Shown piece after piece: positions 58,461-64,000 of a DNA stretch of 64,000 nt (positions are counted from its first letter, which is position 1; each line of letters opens with the position of its first letter). Location: the NCBI GenBank assembly GCA_035504095.1, contig DATJSN010000001.1, positions 54,519-118,518 on the forward strand, written 5' to 3'. The position numbers and the translations under genes are program-made. This stretch comes from Phycisphaerae bacterium. Its GTDB lineage: Bacteria; Planctomycetota; Phycisphaerae; WQYP01. The notes below the pieces were generated by a model that saw only the letters and a list, made by a program, of their open reading frames with translations, had not been told where the DNA came from and searched no databases.

Positions 58461-60560
58461 TCACCTTTTTTCTTTGCTGCTGCACCATTTATGCCACATA
58501 CCCCGATACGCCGCTTCAACATTTTGTGCGAAACGTTTGGCGTCCATCAATGGCGATTTTTTCATCATTGGCCGCAACGTTCGGCGAAGTTCCGCCAGTC
58601 GCGGCAAATCACTTGCAAGTTTCAAAGCGATTTGCACGTATTCGTCCGGTGTTTGGGCAATCAACTCCGGCAGTCCAATATTGGTTAACATGCTGTATCC
58701 CGCTCGTCCCACCGCCGTTTGGCCGCGGAGGGTCACGACCGGAACGCCCATGAGCAGGCTGTCGCAGGTTGTGATTCCTCCGTTATAAGGAATCGGGTCC
58801 AGGGCAATATCAATCTGGTTATAAATCCGCATATATTGTTCCCAGGACTGGGTTCCGACGAAGTCGACGCGATCAGGTGAAATGCCTTGTTGTTCGATAT
58901 GTTGTCGTACATCCTCCAGATGCACCCCCGGATTCGCATGAATCATCATTCTGGCATTTGGCAGCTTCCGTAGGATCCGTGTCCAAAGATCCCACGCCGC
59001 CGGTGAAACCTTGGCGAAATTATTTATGCAACCGAAGGTGATGAATCCTTTGGACGAAGCAGGCAGGGGGGCAATTTCCGGCGCCGTCCCGCCGGGCTGA
59101 TAGCACCAGTATGTTTGCGGCAATCGGATGGTCTGTTCGCTGTAAACGACCAGGTCTGTTTCCGGCGGATCAAGAAATGCATCGGAAAAACGATAATCAA
59201 CCGTGTCCATGCCGGTAGAGCCGGGATAACCCAGATAAGTCGCCTGAACCGGTGCGGGCTTATAGGCGAACACCAACAGTCGATTGTGGGCCGTATGTAC
59301 GGATAAGTCGATCAGAATATCGATTTGATCCTCGCGAATCATCTGCGCGGTCCGTTGATCGCCGATTCCCACGATGCTGCGCCACACATCGCAGCAGGAA
59401 CGTATTCGCCGGGTCCATTCATCGGAAGAAACCACGCCGGAATAAGCGAAAATTTCCACTGCCTGGCGATCATGCTGCTGGAGCAGAGGCAAAAGATTCC
59501 AGCCTACGACGTGGGCGCAAAAATCCGGCGAAATATAGCCGATTTTCAAGCGCCGTTTCGGATCGGGCCTGTTGGTGCATGGCTGGATTAATTGTTTCAA
59601 TGGCTCGGCATGCAGCTTATTCCAGTTGCGCAGCTCCTGATGAATCATCGGAGCGTCATAATCGGGATGATGATGCAGGGCGTATATCAGGTTGCTGTGA
59701 ACCTGATTGGCGCGGGGATCGAATTTTAAAGCGGTGCGGTATGCCGCGATGCATTCATCAATACACCCCTGATCTTTGAAAATGTTGCCGAGATTATTGT
59801 GGGCTTCGATCAAATCGGGTTTAAGCTCGAGCGCGCGGTGATAGGCGTTAATGGCTTGAGGGTATTGATACAGATCCTTAAACGCGTTGCCCAGATTGAC
59901 ATAAAGCTCAACCATACAGGGCCTGATCCGCAGCGCCGCCTGATACGCCGCTACGGCCTGAGCGATTTTGCCCTGGTCTTTAAGCGCCGCCCCCAGATTG
60001 TTATAAGCTTCGGCAAGATCGGGCCTGTTTTGTAGCGCGGCGCGAAAGGCGCTTATCGCTTCGTCGAGCAAACCTTGCGCCTTGAATGTGCATCCCAGAT
60101 TGTAATGCGGCTCGGCAAATTGTGGATTCAATCGTATCGCGGCGCCAAACGCGGCCATGGCTTGAGGATAATCCTGCAGATTGTGAAAGGCATTGCCGAG
60201 ATTGTTATACGCCTGGGCATAATCGGGTTTGAGTCGGATGGCGTTCTGATATGCGTCAACAGCCGCCTGGACCTGCCTCAGGCTCATCAACACCAGCCCC
60301 AGATTGTTGTAATAAGAAGCCTCGGAGGGACGGCTTCCGATTGCCAGCTGGATGTACTCGGCGGCAATCTGATTTTGATCTCTCTGATGCGCCAGCATCC
60401 CCAGACAATTCAGAGCATCCGGATGATTTGGCTCTACCGACAATATACGTTTGTAGATTGCTTCGGCCTCGGAGAATCTGCCGGCATGATGGTGTTGCAA
60501 AGCCAGGGCAAACACCTGCTGGAGGGGCATTATATTTGGGTTGGAATTAGAATTGGGCAT
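58461..60560 (-). CDS. TPR-repeat protein with a C-terminal GT41 (O-GlcNAc transferase/SPINDLY-like) domain, paralog 1
   Basis: N-terminal run of about 9 TPR units ('AEAYNNLG...' repeated). C-terminal domain 'IGYISPDF...DILIDLSVHT...LGYPGSTG...FGCINNFAKV' matches the OGT catalytic region (COG3914). Confidence 0.75.
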   Translation of the reverse strand: MPNSNSNPNIMPLQQVFALALQHHHAGRFSEAEAIYKRILSVEPNHPDALNCLGMLAHQRDQNQIAAEYIQLAIGSRPSEASYYNNLGLVLMSLRQVQAAVDAYQNAIRLKPDYAQAYNNLGNAFHNLQDYPQAMAAFGAAIRLNPQFAEPHYNLGCTFKAQGLLDEAISAFRAALQNRPDLAEAYNNLGAALKDQGKIAQAVAAYQAALRIRPCMVELYVNLGNAFKDLYQYPQAINAYHRALELKPDLIEAHNNLGNIFKDQGCIDECIAAYRTALKFDPRANQVHSNLIYALHHHPDYDAPMIHQELRNWNKLHAEPLKQLIQPCTNRPDPKRRLKIGYISPDFCAHVVGWNLLPLLQQHDRQAVEIFAYSGVVSSDEWTRRIRSCCDVWRSIVGIGDQRTAQMIREDQIDILIDLSVHTAHNRLLVFAYKPAPVQATYLGYPGSTGMDTVDYRFSDAFLDPPETDLVVYSEQTIRLPQTYWCYQPGGTAPEIAPLPASSKGFITFGCINNFAKVSPAAWDLWTRILRKLPNARMMIHANPGVHLEDVRQHIEQQGISPDRVDFVGTQSWEQYMRIYNQIDIALDPIPYNGGITTCDSLLMGVPVVTLRGQTAVGRAGYSMLTNIGLPELIAQTPDEYVQIALKLASDLPRLAELRRTLRPMMKKSPLMDAKRFAQNVEAAYRGMWHKWCSSKEKR

Positions 60561-60575
60561 AAAAATTTCCGTTGA

Positions 60576-63083
60576 TCACACCTTTTGCTGATTGCACCAT
60601 TTGCGCCACATCTGTCGGTAAGCCGCCTCAACGTTGCGGGCGAAACGCGGCGCATCCATCAATGACGACGCTTGAATGCGCCGACGAAGGGTGGAGTGAA
60701 ACTGTGAGAGCCGCGGCAGATCGCTGGCGAGTTTAACAGCAATTTGAATATACTCTTCCTGCGTTTGGGCGATCAGTTCCGGCAGGCCGACATTGGTCAA
60801 AATCGAAACACCTCCGCGTCCCACGGCCATTTTACCGGACAAACTCACCACCGGCACACCCATCCACAAACAATCCATGCTGGTCATGAAGCCGTTATAG
60901 GGCCAGGTATCCAACCCGATATCGATGCGTTGGTAAATGTTCCAGAATTCGGTTTCATCCAGCCGGTCCAGAAACTCCACACGCTCGGTGGAAATATTTT
61001 CTCTGCTCAATGTATCCAGCACACGCCGGTGCGCAGGTCCCTGCGGCGCTTTGATCAGCAGCCGTGAATCAGGCACGGCCGCGAGCAGCTTGGCCCACAG
61101 GTTCAATATCTCGTCATTAACCTTGCAGAAGTTGTTCAGGCTGCCAAAGGTAACGCCGCCGGTTTTGTTCGCCGGCAATTCCGCGCTTGGCGCGACGCTG
61201 GTCAGGGGATAATAACACAAATGAGCATCCGGTAGGCGGATGGATTCTTCGCAATAGTATGCGTCGAACATGCCCGGCGGGTCCACGTAAGAATCGGTCA
61301 GACGGTAATCCATGGCGTCCATGCCGGTTGAGCCGGGATAACCCAGCCAGGAAACCTGCACAGGCGCGGGTTTGCGGGCAAAAATCAACAGGCGATTGTC
61401 GGATGAATGCAACGATAAATCCACCAGAATGTCGATCTCATCGTCGCGAATCATCTGGGCCGCCTGCCGGTTCTTCAGGCTCATGATGTCGCGCCAGACG
61501 TCGGCGCGCGCGCTTAATTGTTCGGTCATGGAATCCGGCCGCTGCACGCTGGAATAACAGTAAATCTGAAAATTCCCCCGGTCGTGCTCGGCCAGCAGCG
61601 GCAACATAACGCGCCCGATCACGTGTAGATAAAAATCCGGTGAAACATAACCGATCCTGAGCTTCCGCTCGGCATCGCGGTTATTGGCGTAAGGGACAAT
61701 AAATTTTTTCAGAGGCTGTTCATGCATCCGGTTCCAGCGCCGGAGTTCCTGTTGAATGCTCACGGCGTCGCAATCCGTTAGATAATGCATGGTCAGAATC
61801 AGATTGCTGTGCACGCGGTGCTTATGCGGATCAATCCGCAGGGCAATTTGATATTCATCGATGGCTTCAAGAATCAGTCCCTGATCCTTATATGTATTGC
61901 CCAGATTGTTGTGGGCCTCCAAAAAGTCGCGCTTATACTCTAGAGCCACGCGAAATTTATCGACTGCGTCTTCGAACCGTTGCCCTTCTCTGAACCAATT
62001 GCCTGTGTTGAAGTGCGCCTGGGCAAAATCAGGCTTAAGCGCCAGTGCCGTGGTATAACTTGCCAGCGCCGCAGCGTATTGTCTTTGCGCCTGAAGCACG
62101 ACGCCCAACAGGTTGTGCGCCTCAACGTAATCCGGCTGAAATTTCAAAGCCAGGCGCAACTCATCCTCAGCTTCCTTCTTTCGTCCAATCTGCCCAAGCA
62201 CCATGCCCAGGTTATGATGTATCTGAGCGTGATCGGGCTTGAGTTTGAGCGCCAGGCGATATTCCGCCATAGCCTGGGCAAATTCATGACGTTTGCTGTA
62301 TAAACCGCCCAGATTATTGTGTGCTTCGGCGTTATCCGGATTGAGTTTCACGGCCTTCAGGTAGGCTTGCAAGGCCTCTTGTTCACGTCCTTGTGTCTGC
62401 AATACAGCGCCGAGGCCGCAGTAAGCTTCTGCGTAATCCGGTTTTAATTTCAATAGTTCGCCAAATGCGGCCTGCGCCTCGTCGAAGAGCTTCATCTGCG
62501 TGAGCGTCAATCCCAGATTATTGTGCGCCTCAATCAGATTGGGTTTGATGGTTATGGCGCGGCGAAAAGCGGCGACCGCTTCGTCGAGTTGTTTCTGCTT
62601 TTGCAGCACGCAGCCCAGATTGTAATGCGCCTCGGCGAAACCCGGTTGGAGTCGCACGGCGTTTTCAAAAGCCGCGATTGCCCCGGCGTCGTCACCCTTA
62701 TCCTTGAGGATATTGCCCAGATTATTATGCGGCTCGGCGTAATCCGGCTGAAGTTCAATAGCGCGATGATAAGCGGCGGCGGCCTCATCCAGCCGCCCGC
62801 ATTCCCGCAAAGCCATTCCCAGGTTGTTTTGATAGATCGCGGTTGAAGGATTAACGTCGATCGCCTGCCGGATCAATTCCGCGGCGCGCTGGCTTTGTCC
62901 GCTCTGGAAGGCAATCATGCCCAGCAGATGCAACGCGTCTGGATGATTCGGCTGGAGCTGGAGTATTTGCCGGTAAATCGCCTCCGCTTCGGCGAGTCTT
63001 CCGGCCTGATGCTGCTGCACGGCCAGATTCAGGGCTTGCTCAACGCTCCTTATTGAACTTTTGGAATCATTGGATACCATCAT
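60576..63083 (-). CDS. TPR-repeat protein with a C-terminal GT41 (OGT/SPINDLY-like) domain, paralog 2
   Basis: About 12 TPR units. Same catalytic-domain blocks as paralog 1 ('IGYVSPDF', 'LGYPGSTGMDAMDYRL', 'FGSLNNFCKV'). Confidence 0.75.
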   Translation of the reverse strand: MMVSNDSKSSIRSVEQALNLAVQQHQAGRLAEAEAIYRQILQLQPNHPDALHLLGMIAFQSGQSQRAAELIRQAIDVNPSTAIYQNNLGMALRECGRLDEAAAAYHRAIELQPDYAEPHNNLGNILKDKGDDAGAIAAFENAVRLQPGFAEAHYNLGCVLQKQKQLDEAVAAFRRAITIKPNLIEAHNNLGLTLTQMKLFDEAQAAFGELLKLKPDYAEAYCGLGAVLQTQGREQEALQAYLKAVKLNPDNAEAHNNLGGLYSKRHEFAQAMAEYRLALKLKPDHAQIHHNLGMVLGQIGRKKEAEDELRLALKFQPDYVEAHNLLGVVLQAQRQYAAALASYTTALALKPDFAQAHFNTGNWFREGQRFEDAVDKFRVALEYKRDFLEAHNNLGNTYKDQGLILEAIDEYQIALRIDPHKHRVHSNLILTMHYLTDCDAVSIQQELRRWNRMHEQPLKKFIVPYANNRDAERKLRIGYVSPDFYLHVIGRVMLPLLAEHDRGNFQIYCYSSVQRPDSMTEQLSARADVWRDIMSLKNRQAAQMIRDDEIDILVDLSLHSSDNRLLIFARKPAPVQVSWLGYPGSTGMDAMDYRLTDSYVDPPGMFDAYYCEESIRLPDAHLCYYPLTSVAPSAELPANKTGGVTFGSLNNFCKVNDEILNLWAKLLAAVPDSRLLIKAPQGPAHRRVLDTLSRENISTERVEFLDRLDETEFWNIYQRIDIGLDTWPYNGFMTSMDCLWMGVPVVSLSGKMAVGRGGVSILTNVGLPELIAQTQEEYIQIAVKLASDLPRLSQFHSTLRRRIQASSLMDAPRFARNVEAAYRQMWRKWCNQQKV

Positions 63084-63204
63084 TTCACCACAGAGAACAC
63101 CGAGGTGTCACAGAGGTTCACAGAGAATGGTTATTCTAATATAAATTAGGAATATATTTCTTTGAGTCTCTGTATTTACTCCGTGTCCCCAGTGTACGCT
63201 GTGG

Positions 63205-64000
63205 TTAAGGTTGTGTCTGGGTACACCATTTCCGCCACATTTTCCGATACGCCGCTTCGATATTGTGCGCAAAGCGTTTGGCATCCATCAGCGGCGAGTT
63301 TTTCATGCGATCACGCAACGTCTTGCGCAGTTCCGTCAGTCGCGGTAAATCACCCGCCAATTTGGTCGCAATGTCCACATACTCTTCCGGCGTCTGGGCG
63401 ATCAGTTCCGGCAAGCCCACGTTGGTTAAAATCGACACGCCCCCGCGTCCTACCGCTGTCTTGCCCACCAGCGTAATCACCGGCACGCCCATGTATAATG
63501 AATCCAGACTTGTTATATGGCCATTGTAGGGAAAGGGATCAAGGGATATGTCAATTCGACCGAAAGATTCCAAATATTGTTTTCGCGGCATATAGTCCAT
63601 AAACATCACACGCCGGGAATCAATTCCGGTTTTCTTCAATTTCTCAATTAGTTCTTGGCGTGCCTCTCCCTGCGGCGTCAGCACAATCAATTGCGAATCA
63701 GGAACGGCGACCAGCACTTTTGCCCAGAGTTGCCATACGCCATCATTAATTTTAGAAAAGTTATTCAGGCAACCAAAAGTTATAAATCCATTTTTCATTC
63801 TGGGCAGATCAAGGTTATAGGGTTCTTTAGGTTGGGGAATGTAACACCACCATGTCTCCGGCAGACGGATGGTCTGTTCACTATAAACACTCAGATCCGT
63901 TTCTGGTGGGTCCAGGTAAGGATCAGAAAAACGGTAGTCCACGCTGTCCAGTCCCGTGCTGCTGGGATAACCCGCCCAGGTTACCTGGATGGGGGCCGGT
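63205..64000 (-). CDS. GT41 (OGT/SPINDLY-like) glycosyltransferase paralog 3, 5'-truncated by the window edge
   Basis: The frame is open to nt 64000. The C-terminal blocks match paralogs 1 and 2 ('VQVTWAGYPSSTGLDSVDYRF', 'FGCLNNFSKI'). Confidence 0.7.
   Translation of the reverse strand, partial: PAPIQVTWAGYPSSTGLDSVDYRFSDPYLDPPETDLSVYSEQTIRLPETWWCYIPQPKEPYNLDLPRMKNGFITFGCLNNFSKINDGVWQLWAKVLVAVPDSQLIVLTPQGEARQELIEKLKKTGIDSRRVMFMDYMPRKQYLESFGRIDISLDPFPYNGHITSLDSLYMGVPVITLVGKTAVGRGGVSILTNVGLPELIAQTPEEYVDIATKLAGDLPRLTELRKTLRDRMKNSPLMDAKRFAHNIEAAYRKMWRKWCTQTQP

Noticed and set aside
58392-63529. Plus-strand ORFs of about 90-175 aa inside the GT41 genes (e.g. 58474-58788, 59252-59779, 60075-60575, 63263-63529)
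   Set aside because: They are antisense shadow ORFs of the conserved minus-strand glycosyltransferase genes. Their similarity to each other merely mirrors the paralogy of the real genes.
1-64000. Search for tRNA, rRNA, CRISPR, integrase or transposase genes
   Set aside because: No cloverleaf-like conserved tRNA boxes or rRNA-like stretches were found by eye in the intergenic regions. There are no IS-like inverted terminal repeats or recombinase ORFs. Absence is stated with moderate certainty only, since no search tool was run.

Overview
This 64 kb window reads as a chromosomal segment from a PVC-superphylum bacterium, plausibly Planctomycetota. The attribution is an inference from gene content: a DUF1800/DUF1501 pair, a PEP-CTERM protein, a very long SecA, many secreted glycoside hydrolases, and about 55% GC. 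Most of the window is housekeeping. It includes nfo, a fused aroD-aroE, tmk, purB, rlmN, rpsI-rplM, der, secA, a squalene-hopene cyclase, a lone nuoH, a glycine-tRNA ligase, a DnaJ-like protein and acyP. The window starts inside a glycoside hydrolase gene that is truncated at its 5' end. It ends inside the third of three tandem TPR plus GT41 (OGT/SPINDLY-like) glycosyltransferase paralogs.

The most interesting structure is a block of about 5.9 kb (26.8-32.7 kb) bracketed by two near-identical 134-bp direct repeats. The repeats derive from the 3' end of a short-chain dehydrogenase (SDR) gene, and one copy is a detached pseudo-fragment. The block carries, in one orientation, a PAS histidine kinase, a long non-coding gap, an outer-membrane beta-barrel with an N-terminal coiled coil, two tandem YceI-like lipoproteins and a LuxR-type response regulator.

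Other things worth a second look:
- a PEP-CTERM-anchored protein whose body resembles the glutamic-peptidase (G1/eqolisin) fold;
- a 1149-aa cytoplasmic protein of unknown function;
- an ECF sigma factor fused to a polytopic membrane domain;
- a clearly low-GC two-gene island (21.8-24.2 kb).

I found no CRISPR array, transposase, rRNA or convincing tRNA gene.
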